This document shows, piece after piece, positions 45,042 to 56,104 of a stretch of DNA of 64,000 bases. How positions within the stretch are numbered: the stretch's first letter is position 1; each line of letters begins with the position of its first letter. Origin of the DNA: an uncultured Campylobacterales bacterium (GTDB lineage: Bacteria > Campylobacterota > Campylobacteria > Campylobacterales > Sulfurimonadaceae). A program made the position numbers and the translations under genes. The notes beneath the pieces were generated by a model that saw only the letters and a list, made by a program, of their open reading frames with translations, made no database searches and was not told where the DNA came from. The stretch is taken from NCBI GenBank assembly GCA_965602745.1, contig CBFDAB010000001.1, positions 4,211 to 68,210 on the forward strand, given 5' to 3'.

Positions 45042-47201
45042 TTATGAAATAATATCAGGAATTTTACCGTCTGTGAGGCTTAGCCAAAGATCACGAGGGT
45101 GTCGTTGCTCTTGTTCAGGGGAAAGTTCTATTGTGATTATATTATCTTTTTTCAGTTTTAAAATAAGATTATGCAATTCTGTGTCATAAGCAAATATTTT
45201 TATGTATCTGTCAATCGCCTCTTGGATAAGAGATAATTGGCGCCGTATTACAAGAAATTTAATCTGTGTTATATAGCTTAATCGTAATAGAGAACCGACT
45301 TTTTGAGAACGTGACTTAAGTCGAAGAAGTCTTCCTAGAATATTTTTTACCTCTTTTGTATTTCCCAATAAAGCCTCTTTTTCGGCTTCTTTCATCTTAG
45401 TACTCCACAGCTGTTTAAGTTCTTGGGATAGGGGTAAAGGATGAAGCTCTTTATGTTCATCAATAAGGCTATAGCAAGAAGGCAAGTCTTCATTTTGATA
45501 ATAAGATTCGAGTTTTTTAGCCAAGTCAAGAAGATTAGAAAGCTTTTTGCATTTTACCTTCATATAAGAGATGGGCTCTAAGGCTTTTTCCTCAAGTTGC
45601 GCAAGGTCATAATCACGAGAAAAGATATGCTGATGAAACTTCTCGTATAAGTTGTCTATCGCATCAATAATTTTTTGATAACTCTGTATCTCTTTTAAAC
45701 AAGGGTAATGCTTTGTTATCTCAAATATTTTATCATAAGAGTGTGAATTGATAAGATGTGTGAACTCTAAAAAACGTTCAGGTTGATGAAGCAAAACCTG
45801 TATAAAACAGAGTTTAGCATGTACTCGGCTAAAAGGTTCTAATACTTTAAGAAGTTGATGTGTCTGCCCCTTGAAAATATAGACCTGAGCCTTTAAAAAT
45901 GTTTTTTCCCAGACCTCTTCCATCTCTTGATAGGGCAAAGTACGTTTTGCAAGGCTGGCTTGTTCAGCAATACTATACGCTAAGGCATAATTATGATGTG
46001 CCACTGCTGTTTTAAATCTTTCAAAATGTGAGATTAGGGCTTGAAGCTCTTTTATTGACCTTTTTTTAGAAGGTACATGAGTAAACTTGTTAATAAGTAC
46101 CAAGGCGAGGTCAGCCTCGTCTTCTTGAACATAATTGATAGCCTGTTCTAAGGTCTCATCCCAGATATTTTCAAGTGTCTGCACTAAATAAGACTCTCTC
46201 AGAAGAGGGAACTTTTGAAGCAAGTCATAGCTTTGAGCATAAGAAGAGGTACTAATACGAAGTTCTAAAAGCTCTTGAGGATAAAGATGAAATAAATTGA
46301 CGCTTCCGTCCTCGCATCCTACAATTAAAACATCCTCAGGTGTAATATCTAGACTTGTTACCTTTGAGTCAAGCTGTATATATTCTGAGTCAAGTATCTT
46401 CTGCTCTTTGAGGTCAATTAAAGAGATATGACGGGCATGTCCAGAGGCCAAGAGATAAGAACCGCTGCTTGTAGGACATAAGGCGTTGATGTTTCCCAGG
46501 CGTATCTGGTAATGCTTGTATATCTGAGAGGTGTTAATATCAATAATATCAAGCCCCCCTTCTATATTACCCGCAGCAAGATGCTCTTCATTGATAAAGC
46601 ACAGAGCGTTAATACGGACATGGTTGGGCGTTATACGCTTGGGAGAGACTTCGGTATGGATATTGGTGATAACGATGCTCCCGCCGTACCCGCTTGTCGC
46701 AACGAGACTGCCTGAGGGACTAAAAGCAGCGCTGGAGACATAGTTTACCTTTGGTTGTGAAAAGAGGTGGGGTGTGTATTCGGGAAAGGAACTCAACCTT
46801 GAGACCTGCCCTGTTGAAAAAAGATTCCATAAATAGACGCGTCCGGTGAGGGACCCTGCAACGAGATAGCTTGAACTCGGGTCAAAACAGAGAGTTTCCA
46901 TCTTATTTTGCAGGGTAGGGAAGGAGTGGTGAAGTTTTTGTGCCTTCAGGTCGATAACACGGACTACGGACTGATCTTTTTTACTAAAAGCTAAATATTT
47001 TCCATTCGGACTAAAACTAATACTCATCTTTTCATTATGGACATAGGCCTGCTTAAAGCTAAACTGCTGCTCTATCTCCATAGTAGAAATATCTACAATA
47101 AAAAAGTTCTTAGTCTTATCAACGAGGGCTATCTTCCCCTCATCAAGAACACTCAGATAGACGATCTGTTCGTCGAGTTTTAATTTTGCGCTTGCTATCA
47201 T
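45042..47201 (-). CDS. WD40 beta-propeller plus 4x ~85-aa helical-repeat protein (paralog A)
   Basis: 719 aa, collinear with the downstream paralog (FSPNGKYLAFS..., LVAGSLTGRVYLWNL, FSPSGSLVATSGYGG...). No signal peptide and no NTPase motif. Confidence 0.7.
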   Translation of the reverse strand: MIASAKLKLDEQIVYLSVLDEGKIALVDKTKNFFIVDISTMEIEQQFSFKQAYVHNEKMSISFSPNGKYLAFSKKDQSVVRVIDLKAQKLHHSFPTLQNKMETLCFDPSSSYLVAGSLTGRVYLWNLFSTGQVSRLSSFPEYTPHLFSQPKVNYVSSAAFSPSGSLVATSGYGGSIVITNIHTEVSPKRITPNHVRINALCFINEEHLAAGNIEGGLDIIDINTSQIYKHYQIRLGNINALCPTSSGSYLLASGHARHISLIDLKEQKILDSEYIQLDSKVTSLDITPEDVLIVGCEDGSVNLFHLYPQELLELRISTSSYAQSYDLLQKFPLLRESYLVQTLENIWDETLEQAINYVQEDEADLALVLINKFTHVPSKKRSIKELQALISHFERFKTAVAHHNYALAYSIAEQASLAKRTLPYQEMEEVWEKTFLKAQVYIFKGQTHQLLKVLEPFSRVHAKLCFIQVLLHQPERFLEFTHLINSHSYDKIFEITKHYPCLKEIQSYQKIIDAIDNLYEKFHQHIFSRDYDLAQLEEKALEPISYMKVKCKKLSNLLDLAKKLESYYQNEDLPSCYSLIDEHKELHPLPLSQELKQLWSTKMKEAEKEALLGNTKEVKNILGRLLRLKSRSQKVGSLLRLSYITQIKFLVIRRQLSLIQEAIDRYIKIFAYDTELHNLILKLKKDNIITIELSPEQEQRHPRDLWLSLTDGKIPDIIS

Positions 47202-47279
47202 AAAAATAATCTTATCATAATTTCCAGTGAAATAATGGCAAGATTAAGCATTTTGGCATCTCTTTTGCTTAATTAGAGT

Positions 47280-47711
47280 ATGTATATTCAAAATAACAGC
47301 TCATATTTATACTCAGTACAAGATGAAAAGCCTTTAAGCTCTTTGAAAAAAGAGAATGATGAAAAGGTCTCAGCAGATCCTTCTTTGAAAAATTTTAGTG
47401 AAAAAGCGACACTGGCCTTTGAAGATCTTGCTATGGGTCTTGACAAAGAAGAGAAGAATGACTTAGTTGAAAACCTCAATAGCATTTCTAAGACAGCCGC
47501 TTTTTTTTCGATGAATGGATTTGAATCCCAAAGTGAACGTATACTGATAAGTCAATATTTTGAGAATTTCGGAGGTGTATTAAGTGAGGATGCTATTAAA
47601 AAGATGATCTATTCCAAGCTAAATAATCCCAGTTGCAAAAACAGAGATTTCTTAGAACGCTTTGCCAAGGCTCTAGGTGAACCTCTTCAAAGCATAAATA
47701 TCAGAGTTTAA
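47280..47711 (+). CDS. hypothetical protein (143 aa)
   Basis: ORF divergent from the WD40 operon. No motif recognised. Confidence 0.35.
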   Translation: MYIQNNSSYLYSVQDEKPLSSLKKENDEKVSADPSLKNFSEKATLAFEDLAMGLDKEEKNDLVENLNSISKTAAFFSMNGFESQSERILISQYFENFGGVLSEDAIKKMIYSKLNNPSCKNRDFLERFAKALGEPLQSINIRV

Positions 47712-47817
47712 AAATATCAAAAAAATCTTACTCTCTTCTTTTAAGGAGGCTCTTCTTCTATTTAAACTTTTTCTAATTTTTTATTATAATATGTGAATTA
47801 TATGTATTGGAGAAAAG

Positions 47818-48468
47818 ATGAGTAATAAGACCTTGGATGTAAATGATCAACTTTTAAGATATATTCTAAAAACGGGAGTCCATGAAAGCGAACTTCTAAG
47901 AGAGCTAAGAGATGAAACAAGAGAGCTGGAAATGGGGAGAATGCAGATTGCACCGGAGCAGGGGGCTTTTATGGGCTTTATCGCTAAGCTTATTGATGCG
48001 AAGTCTTATGTAGAAGTAGGAGTATTTACGGGATACAGTATGCTAAGTGTTGTTCAGGCTATGGGAAAAAAGTCGAGGGCCATAGGCTGTGATCTTTCAA
48101 AAGAGTGGACAGATATTGCCAAAATCTATTGGAAAGAGGCCGGTGTCGATCAGCAGATTGATCTGCGTCTTTGTAAGGCAGAAGTCACATTATCTAAACT
48201 TGAAAATGAAAGCTTTGATCTGGCCTTCATTGACGCGGATAAAGAGAGCTATAATCTGTATTATGAAGAGTGTTTGAGAATATTAAAAAGAGGATCTTTG
48301 CTGATGATTGATAATATTTTTTGGGGAGGATTGGTAGCAGATGAGACTGTAGATGATGCAGAAACAGAGGCTATTAGGAATTTAAATAAAAAGATCATGT
48401 CTGATGAACGTGTTGAAGCTTCTATGCTTAGTATTGGAGACGGTCTGATGTTGGTTAAGAAATTATAA
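47818..48468 (+). CDS. class I SAM-dependent O-methyltransferase (caffeoyl-CoA OMT-like family)
   Basis: VEVGVFTGYS (SAM motif I), FIDADKESY and LLMIDNIFWGG. Confidence 0.75.
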   Translation: MSNKTLDVNDQLLRYILKTGVHESELLRELRDETRELEMGRMQIAPEQGAFMGFIAKLIDAKSYVEVGVFTGYSMLSVVQAMGKKSRAIGCDLSKEWTDIAKIYWKEAGVDQQIDLRLCKAEVTLSKLENESFDLAFIDADKESYNLYYEECLRILKRGSLLMIDNIFWGGLVADETVDDAETEAIRNLNKKIMSDERVEASMLSIGDGLMLVKKL

Positions 48469-48528
48469 GTAAGGCAAATATATAATAGTGTTATACTTGT
48501 TACCGGAGATTTATACAAAGGAGATATC

Positions 48529-48906
48529 ATGCAAAAGAGAGTATTTTTGGGAATCCGAATTGTGGCGGGTCTGATCTTGCTTGTATTTGGATCTAATAAG
48601 TTTCTTGGTTTTATGGAGATACAGCCCGGTTCTTTAGAGATGGGTGCTTTTATGATGGCACTTTTTCAAAGCGGCTATTTAATGAAGCTTGTAGCGGTAG
48701 TGGAGATGGTCGCAGGTCTTTCATTTTTAGCAAATAAATATGTAGCCTTGATGGCGGTAGTCCTGATGCCTGTTATATTAAATGCATTTTTAGCCCATCT
48801 CTTCTTAGACCCCTCTGGTATAAGCGGAGCGGCACTGCTTCTAGTCTTAACCATACTCATTATGCTAGAGAATAAAGCTCGATATAAAGAGCTTCTCAGG
48901 GCTTGA
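48529..48906 (+). CDS. DoxX-like small membrane protein
   Basis: 125 aa with four hydrophobic helices and an N-terminal ...RIVAGLILLVFGSNKF.... Confidence 0.45.
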   Translation: MQKRVFLGIRIVAGLILLVFGSNKFLGFMEIQPGSLEMGAFMMALFQSGYLMKLVAVVEMVAGLSFLANKYVALMAVVLMPVILNAFLAHLFLDPSGISGAALLLVLTILIMLENKARYKELLRA

Positions 48907-48921
48907 AGCATATGAAGGGTT

Positions 48922-50355
48922 TTACATCAACCCTCGCATCATCAGGTGTTGGTACATCGGTTTTAGCATATATACGTCAAAGACCCACCATGCAGAACGT
49001 GGAACAGAGATATCTTTCCAAAACGGGATAGATGGTATTGGACCGTCATATCCGAACTCTGCCATAATGATCTCTCCATAGCGCGGTTTCATCGGGCAGA
49101 CCGTATATCCGTCAAATTTCTCTTTTAGCTCCTTGCCTTCCATAGCGGAGATAAGATTGGCTGTCATGATCGGGGCATGATGACGCGTTGATCCACCTGT
49201 CTTGCCCATAGGAATACCACAAATATCTCCGATACCAAAAACGTTTTTATAACGGCGGTGTTGAAGTGTGTACTTATCGACTTCTAACCAGCCCCTTGCT
49301 GTTCCTTTTTGCCAACTGAGCATTGATTCTTTTACTGCGTCAACAGGACCCATTGGCGGTACGATATGGATAAAGTCATACTCAATATCGACCTTTTCAT
49401 ACTTGTCGAGAGTCTCGTACATATCCAGATCTTCGTCATACTCGCCTTTTTCTTGCCAGAAGTGATCAAAGGTGGCTATTTTTTTCTTTACATCTATTGC
49501 TTTAAGGTTGTGTGTGAATTTTGTAGACATACCTTCATAGCTGTCTTGGGTTCTTTGAAGCTCTTCGTCTACATTTTTTAGACTAAAGAGTTTTGCATTG
49601 TTTGTTGTAAAGATAAACTCAGCAGATAATCCATCTTTTTTCAGGTAATCAGCAGACAGGTAGAGGATTTTCTGTGGGGCACCGCCACATTTAACAGGTG
49701 TGTTAGGATGGGTATAAATAGCTCTCGGCTTCTTACCCTCTTTGGCTGCTTTTTTCAGGTCTTTAAACCATTGGTGGGTAAGTTCACCGCCATCGTGCGT
49801 ACCTTTCTCAAGGTCATTGAGATAGACGGAAGAGATACCGTTTGTACCGATATCAGCAACCGTTAGCCCCTCGATCTTCTCATAATGGTACTGGAGACCT
49901 GTGGCAACAACAAGGTAATCGTAGCTTATCTCTCCTCCGCTGCGAAGAGTGATCTTGTTGTTGTCAGGGTCAATACTCTTCGCCTCGTCTTTGATCCACT
50001 TTACATCATCAGGAATAAAGCTCTTATTGCTCATCTCTATCTCTTTAGGCTCGTATACACCTGCTGCGATAAAGACCTGCCCAGGCTGGTAAAGATGGAC
50101 ATCATTAGGTGCAATAACAGTAATATCCGGATTTTTTAAAGAGGAACGAAGACGGGCCATAGACATAATCCCACCGGCACCGCCGCCAAGAATGACAATC
50201 TTACCCTTCGCATCTGATGCATGAATATCAGTTGTGGTCGAACCGGCTATGAGAGAGGCGGCAATAGGGGATATTCCCATAAGCTTAAGAGCTTCTCGTC
50301 GTGAAAGACCGTCGGTTATAGAGTTTAAAGGCTCGGTGGGAATATTTTTATGCAT
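48922..50355 (-). CDS. Tat-exported FAD-dependent sulfide:quinone oxidoreductase-family flavoprotein
   Basis: Twin-arginine motif SRREALKL, Rossmann motif ILGGGAGG, and conserved Cys contexts VKCGGAPQK and YTVCPM. Confidence 0.7.
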   Translation of the reverse strand: MHKNIPTEPLNSITDGLSRREALKLMGISPIAASLIAGSTTTDIHASDAKGKIVILGGGAGGIMSMARLRSSLKNPDITVIAPNDVHLYQPGQVFIAAGVYEPKEIEMSNKSFIPDDVKWIKDEAKSIDPDNNKITLRSGGEISYDYLVVATGLQYHYEKIEGLTVADIGTNGISSVYLNDLEKGTHDGGELTHQWFKDLKKAAKEGKKPRAIYTHPNTPVKCGGAPQKILYLSADYLKKDGLSAEFIFTTNNAKLFSLKNVDEELQRTQDSYEGMSTKFTHNLKAIDVKKKIATFDHFWQEKGEYDEDLDMYETLDKYEKVDIEYDFIHIVPPMGPVDAVKESMLSWQKGTARGWLEVDKYTLQHRRYKNVFGIGDICGIPMGKTGGSTRHHAPIMTANLISAMEGKELKEKFDGYTVCPMKPRYGEIIMAEFGYDGPIPSIPFWKDISVPRSAWWVFDVYMLKPMYQHLMMRGLM

Positions 50356-50425
50356 AATAGAAATCCTTATATCTTAATAATAAGCATAAATATAACATAA
50401 TCTCATTATAAACATCTTATAAAAA

Positions 50426-52006
50426 CTAAACAATTATCCTATCAAGCATAAACTGTATAGAGGTTCGTCCGTTAAAGACATTTTTATTCAGGGTGTATGA
50501 GCAAGAGATCTCTTGGCCTGCTCGAAGTTCTTCATCGCAGCGAAAGTACATCAGATCATAGGTCTGTCTGTCTTGAGGAGATAGTCGAAGTTCGATTTTT
50601 GCATGTTCTTTCTCTTTTCCTAACTTCTTTACGGAAACGATCTGCGCATTACTTGCCAGAAATCGCGGTCTGGGATTGGCCTCTCCGTAAGGTTCAAACT
50701 CTTCTAAAAGGTTTAAAAGCTCAAAGTCTATGGCCGAACTCTCTATCTCTCCTAGAATCTCTTCTTGGGGGATATAATCCTCGTCGGGAATTGATTCGGC
50801 TTCTATGTTGATAGCTTCTTTAAAAGAGGCAATATTCTCTTCTTTCAGGCCTAGTCCGGCAGCCATCTTATGTCCGCCAAATTTATCAAGAAAGAGTTCT
50901 TGAGACTTGATAAGGTTATAAATACTGATCTCTCCGATGCTTCGAGCAGAACCCTTAGCGACACCGTTTTCAATAGAGAGGACAATTGAGGGTTTTGCAA
51001 ATTTCTGTACAAGTCGTGAGGCGACAATACCGACAACACCCTCATGCCAGCCCTCATGTGCTACAACGATGATATTGTCATTGGGATGAACCTGCATCAT
51101 GGCATGTTCGGTCGCTTCAGCCTCGGTTGTTTTTCGTATCTGATTGAGTTGATCAAGAAGTTGATACTGTTTATAAGCTTTTGCTTCTGTATCTGCATTT
51201 AAAAAAGCCAGAGCGAAAGAGGCATCTTCCATGCGCCCTGCGCTGTTTATACGTGGTGCGATCTGAAAGGCGATATCTTCGGCTGAGAGTTGTTTTTTAG
51301 CTAACATATCTCGAATGATGATCATGCAGGGACGCATAGATGTTGACATCATCTGCAAACCTTTAATCACAAGGATACGGTTTATATCTTGCAGGGGCAT
51401 GATGTCGGCAATGATAGCCAAACACAGAAGGTCTAGAAACTGAGACAGGTTTACACTAGAACCTATCTCTTTTTTGATAAGACCCATTAAAAGCCAGGCA
51501 ACCTGAGCCCCGCATATCTCTTTAAAAGGATAGTCGCAGGCTTCAAGCTTAGGATCAACTATTGCATAAGCCTCAGGAAGGGTAGAAGAGGGGGTGTGAT
51601 GGTCTGTAATGATAAGGTCAATACCGCGTTCTTTACAAGCCTGTGCCGCACCAAAGGCGTTGATACCGTTATCTACGGTAATAACGACATCTGCTTCAAT
51701 CCGATCAATGATCTTTTCAGATACTCCGTACCCATCAGTGAAACGATTAGGTATAGTCGCTTCTACAGGGTAATCAATGGCCTTGAAGAACTCTACCATC
51801 AAGGCTGTTGAAGTCACTCCATCTACATCATAATCCCCGACAATATAGATCTTTTCCCGATTTTGTATAGCAAGGGCTATTCGTTTTGCAGATTTGATAC
51901 CATCATGTAAAAGTGCGGGATTGGGAATATCAGAGAGTTTTTTGAAACCCGTGCTAAAGCGCTGAGACAGAATCTCATGCAGACGGGTCTTGGAAAGTTT
52001 AGGCAT
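50426..52006 (-). CDS. recJ: single-stranded-DNA-specific exonuclease RecJ
   Basis: DHH-family motifs ([21 protein letters not shown]) and a DHHA1 region (GGHKMAAG). Confidence 0.9.
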   Translation of the reverse strand: MPKLSKTRLHEILSQRFSTGFKKLSDIPNPALLHDGIKSAKRIALAIQNREKIYIVGDYDVDGVTSTALMVEFFKAIDYPVEATIPNRFTDGYGVSEKIIDRIEADVVITVDNGINAFGAAQACKERGIDLIITDHHTPSSTLPEAYAIVDPKLEACDYPFKEICGAQVAWLLMGLIKKEIGSSVNLSQFLDLLCLAIIADIMPLQDINRILVIKGLQMMSTSMRPCMIIIRDMLAKKQLSAEDIAFQIAPRINSAGRMEDASFALAFLNADTEAKAYKQYQLLDQLNQIRKTTEAEATEHAMMQVHPNDNIIVVAHEGWHEGVVGIVASRLVQKFAKPSIVLSIENGVAKGSARSIGEISIYNLIKSQELFLDKFGGHKMAAGLGLKEENIASFKEAINIEAESIPDEDYIPQEEILGEIESSAIDFELLNLLEEFEPYGEANPRPRFLASNAQIVSVKKLGKEKEHAKIELRLSPQDRQTYDLMYFRCDEELRAGQEISCSYTLNKNVFNGRTSIQFMLDRIIV

Positions 52007-53621
52007 TCGAAGCTAAAGCTGCTTTGACAAATGCCAAGATAGCCGGATTTGGTGTTGTCAGACGTGAGGTAAACTCAGGGTGAAACTGAACACCAAGGAA
52101 CCAAGGATGATCTTTGATCTCTACAGCTTCAATAAGCCCGTTAGACTCACCTGTAATCATCATCCCGGCTTTTTCCAGTTGATCTCTATAAGCAGGATTT
52201 GCCTCATAACGGTGACGGTGACGTTCATGAATCACTTTTTCACCATAAGCTTCACGTAGGTGTGATTTTGCCTTAGTATCACATGGGTACTCACCAAGAC
52301 GAAGTGTTCCTCCCATAGGGGACTTGTGGGTACGAAGCTCTTTCATACCTGACTGATTGATAAAGTTGTCAATCAGATAGATCATCGGATTTGTTGTTTC
52401 AGGATTAAACTCTATAGAGTTTGCATCTTCAAGTCCAAGTACATTTCTGGCATATTCGACAAGCGTCAGCTGCATACCTAAACAGATCCCAAGATAAGGA
52501 AGCTTTTCTACACGTGCATACTCAATGGCTTGGATTTTTCCTTCAACACCGCGGTTTCCAAATCCACCTGCGACAAGTACAGCGTCACAGTCCACAAGCA
52601 GGGTTTCAGCACCTTTAGCCTCTATATCTTCAGAATCGACCCAGCAGATCTCAACTCTTGTATCAAGATGTGCTCCACAATGGATAAGAGATTCGATAAG
52701 CGATTTATATGACTCTTTTAGCTCTAGGTATTTACCGACAAAACCGATGGTTACTCTACCGCTTGGCTGAACGATCTTTTTAACAAGGTCGTCCCATTGT
52801 TCCATTTTCGGATTTAGTTCATCCAGGTCAAGGGCTTTTGAAATCGGTCCAAGAATATTTTGCTGCATGAAAGCGATTGGGACAGCATAGATGGTTGCTG
52901 CGTCAAGTGCCTGAATAACACAGTCCTGAGCCACATCACAAGAAACAGCAAGTTTTTTCTTGAATGTCTTTGGCAATACTTTCTCACTACGGGCAATGAT
53001 CATCTGTGGCGTGATACCGATACGACGAAGTTCTTGAACTGAGTGCTGAGTCGGTTTAGACTTGTGTTCACCTGCAGCTTTGATGAATGGGATAAGTGTT
53101 ACATGGATATAAAATACGCCAGCAACTTCATCATCATGTTTCATCATACGAATCGCTTCCATGAAAGGAAGGCCTTCGATATCACCGACAGTTCCGCCTA
53201 GTTCAACAATAAGTATATCATGTCCTTCACCGGCAAGTTTGATACGATCTACGATCTCGCCAACGATATGGGGAACGACCTGGATGGTCTGTCCAAGGTA
53301 TCCGCCAGAACGTTCTCTTTCGATGACTGAAGAGTAAACTTGTCCTGTAGTGAAGTTAGATGTTTTAAGATATGAGCTGTCAAGAAAACGTTCGTAATTT
53401 CCGATATCTAGATCAGTCTCTGCTCCATCTTTTGTTACAAAAACTTCTCCATGTTCAAGCGGAGACATAGTACCCGGGTCAACATTGATGTATGGATCGA
53501 TCTTAAGCATACCAACCTTAAGGCCTGAATGTTTAAGTAGAGTACCTACACTCGCTGCAGTAATACCCTTACCTAGACTACTTAACACACCACCTGTTAC
53601 GAAAATATACTTTGTCATCAA
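51999..53621 (-). CDS. pyrG: CTP synthase
   Basis: [17 protein letters not shown]-terminus. The glutamine amidotransferase domain has GICLGMQ and HRHRYE. Confidence 0.95.
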   Translation of the reverse strand: MMTKYIFVTGGVLSSLGKGITAASVGTLLKHSGLKVGMLKIDPYINVDPGTMSPLEHGEVFVTKDGAETDLDIGNYERFLDSSYLKTSNFTTGQVYSSVIERERSGGYLGQTIQVVPHIVGEIVDRIKLAGEGHDILIVELGGTVGDIEGLPFMEAIRMMKHDDEVAGVFYIHVTLIPFIKAAGEHKSKPTQHSVQELRRIGITPQMIIARSEKVLPKTFKKKLAVSCDVAQDCVIQALDAATIYAVPIAFMQQNILGPISKALDLDELNPKMEQWDDLVKKIVQPSGRVTIGFVGKYLELKESYKSLIESLIHCGAHLDTRVEICWVDSEDIEAKGAETLLVDCDAVLVAGGFGNRGVEGKIQAIEYARVEKLPYLGICLGMQLTLVEYARNVLGLEDANSIEFNPETTNPMIYLIDNFINQSGMKELRTHKSPMGGTLRLGEYPCDTKAKSHLREAYGEKVIHERHRHRYEANPAYRDQLEKAGMMITGESNGLIEAVEIKDHPWFLGVQFHPEFTSRLTTPNPAILAFVKAALASNA

Positions 53622-53749
53622 GTTGCCCCTGTATTTATATTATATTATGCGAATTATAGCTCAAAAAGCTTTATTTTAGCTAGGTTGAATCCTAGACAAA
53701 GTCGCTTAAGGCGGGTATAATCCATAAAAACTATAAAATGGGCTTTTAA

Positions 53750-55366
53750 ATGCATGACACACTTCTATATGGAACCATAGGTATGGCAATATCTGTGATC
53801 CTCAATCTGGTCTTAAAGCGCTTTGGTATTCCCCAGATTATCGGCTATATCATTACAGGTACGATTATTGTATATGCCTTTGATCTACGTCACGCAATTC
53901 ATTCTGAAGTCCTTCATATGGTAGGAGAATTCGGTATTGTGTTTTTGATGTTTACTATTGGACTGGAGATATCAATCGACAAGATGAAAGAGATGAAGCG
54001 GGATGTTTTTTTTAACGGGGGCCTGCAGGTCGCTTTAACCGCTATTTTCATCTATCTTGTCTGTGTTTATCTTTTTGACATAGGAGTTAAGACATCACTT
54101 ATTATCTCTTTGGCTTTTTCCCTCTCCTCGACGGCTGTTGTTCTTACTTATTTAAAGCAGTCTAAAGAGATCTATATCCCTTATGGACAACGTTCTATGG
54201 GAATCTTGATCTTTCAAGATATTGCCGTTATCCCTATTCTACTGTTGATCGGTTTTCTTAGCAACGACGGTAATAATCTGCAGATGGTGCTTGTGGAAAC
54301 CCTAATTTCTGCGGTGGTTTTGTTGGGATTTATGTTTATTGTTGGAAAAAGGGCGATGACCTGGATCTTGCAATTTTCTGCAAACTCCGGAGTGGAAGAA
54401 CTCTTTATGGGTTCTGTATTAGTCATTGTTGTCGGAGCCTCATTGCTGGCGGGATATGCAGGGTTCACCTACTCTCTTGGTGCCTTTATGGCGGGAATGA
54501 TCATAGCCGAGACAAAATATCACCACAAGGTAGAATCAGATATTGCCCCTTTTAAAGACCTTCTTCTGGGCACTTTCTTTGTGACAGTGGGTATGAAAAT
54601 AGATCTTAATTTTTTCTTTTCACATCTGGGGATTATCTTTGGACTGTTTTTCGCAGTACTTCTTCTAAAAGCGCTATTGATATATTTTATTGTACGAACA
54701 GGCTCCTTGAAGAGTACCTCGGTAAAAACAGCCCTGGCACTTTCGCAAGTCGGTGAGTTTTCTTTTGCAATTTTTGAACTTGCCAGTGCACATGCCCTTT
54801 TAGGTGAAGAGTTGAGTCAGATACTGGTCTTGATAGTTGTTCTTTCTATGTTCTTAACACCCTTTATTATCACGCGTATTCATACACTTTCGAAGCTCTT
54901 TGGCAAAGAAGAAGTGATAGAAAATGATTTTACGACTGCAGCCGGAAAAAAGAATCATGTCATTGTCTGTGGCTATTCTATCGTAGGAAAGTTTGTAGCC
55001 AAAGAGTTGAGAAAAAGGGGTATCGATCATATCATTGTCGATAATTCACTCAAGCATGTTAAAGAAGGTCTTGCTGACAACGAAGAGATTTATTACGGAG
55101 ATATGTCAAAGGCTGGAATCTTGCAGTCCTTGCACGCAGAAGAGGCTTCGGCTGTTATTATCACTCTTGACAATGCAGAGAAAAAGCGGCTGATATCCGA
55201 GGCGGTAAGCCGGTATAAAAAACCGATAAACCTTATTGTCAAGGTAGTAAGCCTTGAAGAAAAAGAGATGCTTGCAGATCTCCCTATTCACGTTATAGTA
55301 GATGGGAAAGAAGAAGTAGCAAAGATATTGGTTGAACAAAGTATGTATTGTAAGATTCAAAAGTAA
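53750..55366 (+). CDS. cation:proton antiporter with C-terminal RCK/TrkA-N domain (KefB/KefC-like)
   Basis: 538 aa with a polytopic CPA2-type N-terminal domain. The C-terminal Rossmann motif is VIVCGYSIVGKFV. Confidence 0.8.
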   Translation: MHDTLLYGTIGMAISVILNLVLKRFGIPQIIGYIITGTIIVYAFDLRHAIHSEVLHMVGEFGIVFLMFTIGLEISIDKMKEMKRDVFFNGGLQVALTAIFIYLVCVYLFDIGVKTSLIISLAFSLSSTAVVLTYLKQSKEIYIPYGQRSMGILIFQDIAVIPILLLIGFLSNDGNNLQMVLVETLISAVVLLGFMFIVGKRAMTWILQFSANSGVEELFMGSVLVIVVGASLLAGYAGFTYSLGAFMAGMIIAETKYHHKVESDIAPFKDLLLGTFFVTVGMKIDLNFFFSHLGIIFGLFFAVLLLKALLIYFIVRTGSLKSTSVKTALALSQVGEFSFAIFELASAHALLGEELSQILVLIVVLSMFLTPFIITRIHTLSKLFGKEEVIENDFTTAAGKKNHVIVCGYSIVGKFVAKELRKRGIDHIIVDNSLKHVKEGLADNEEIYYGDMSKAGILQSLHAEEASAVIITLDNAEKKRLISEAVSRYKKPINLIVKVVSLEEKEMLADLPIHVIVDGKEEVAKILVEQSMYCKIQK

Positions 55367-55424
55367 TATAAGTCTTTACAAAATCTTAGTGAAAATGCAA
55401 GCGCATTAACTCACTAAAGCTGGC

Positions 55425-56036
55425 TTAGTTTCCTCTTGAACCCGGCTTGATAGCCTCAGACTTGCCTTCTTTACATAAGGGACAATCTTCAGGTGAGTAC
55501 ATCTCAAAGGTAAAATCATCAAGTGCAAAAAATGGTACGCCATCGGGCAACTTACAATTTGGCTTTTTTGTGACATCAGAGTTTTGACGAGAACAAAAAC
55601 CGCGATTAGCTAAAGCCGCAAAACCGACAATCTCTCCGCCAAGTGCTTCTATAGCAGCAGCAGCTTCCATAGCCGATCCGCCGGTTGTGATGATATCCTC
55701 ACAGATAAGGACTTTTTCACCTTTAGAGATCTCGAAACCGCGACGGATGCTCATAGTTCCATCAACACGCTCAGCAAAGATAGAACGTTTATCAAGAGCA
55801 GTTGCTAAAGCGAAACCGGCAATAAGTCCGCCTAAGGCTGGAGCACATATTGTGTCAACTTCAAGACCGCTTTCAACGATCTGCGCGGCAACACCTTCGG
55901 CCAGTACTTTAGCATTTTTAGGGTCTTCAAGAACCTTTGCTGACTGCAGGTAAAATTGAGAATGATTTCCTGAGCTAAGTTTGAAGTGACCTTCTAAAAG
56001 AGCATCTGCATCCATATATATTTTTTTAACGTTCAT
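55425..56036 (-). CDS. pyrE: orotate phosphoribosyltransferase
   Basis: 203 aa with the PRPP-binding motif [13 protein letters not shown]. Confidence 0.85.
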   Translation of the reverse strand: MNVKKIYMDADALLEGHFKLSSGNHSQFYLQSAKVLEDPKNAKVLAEGVAAQIVESGLEVDTICAPALGGLIAGFALATALDKRSIFAERVDGTMSIRRGFEISKGEKVLICEDIITTGGSAMEAAAAIEALGGEIVGFAALANRGFCSRQNSDVTKKPNCKLPDGVPFFALDDFTFEMYSPEDCPLCKEGKSEAIKPGSRGN

Positions 56037-56104
56037 GTCTTGTCCTTAGGAAAAAGTAAAGAGAGAGAAGCTTGAAGTATCTCTCTTGTTGGATAGGATA
56101 GGGA

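Noticed and set aside
42880-47201. Considered whether the WD40 proteins are sensor arms of an NLR/Avs-like antiphage STAND system or partners of a Ser/Thr kinase
   Set aside because: Neither protein nor any neighbour contains Walker A/B, a kinase domain or effector (nuclease, TIR, protease) motifs. The operon partners are envelope proteins and a receiver domain.
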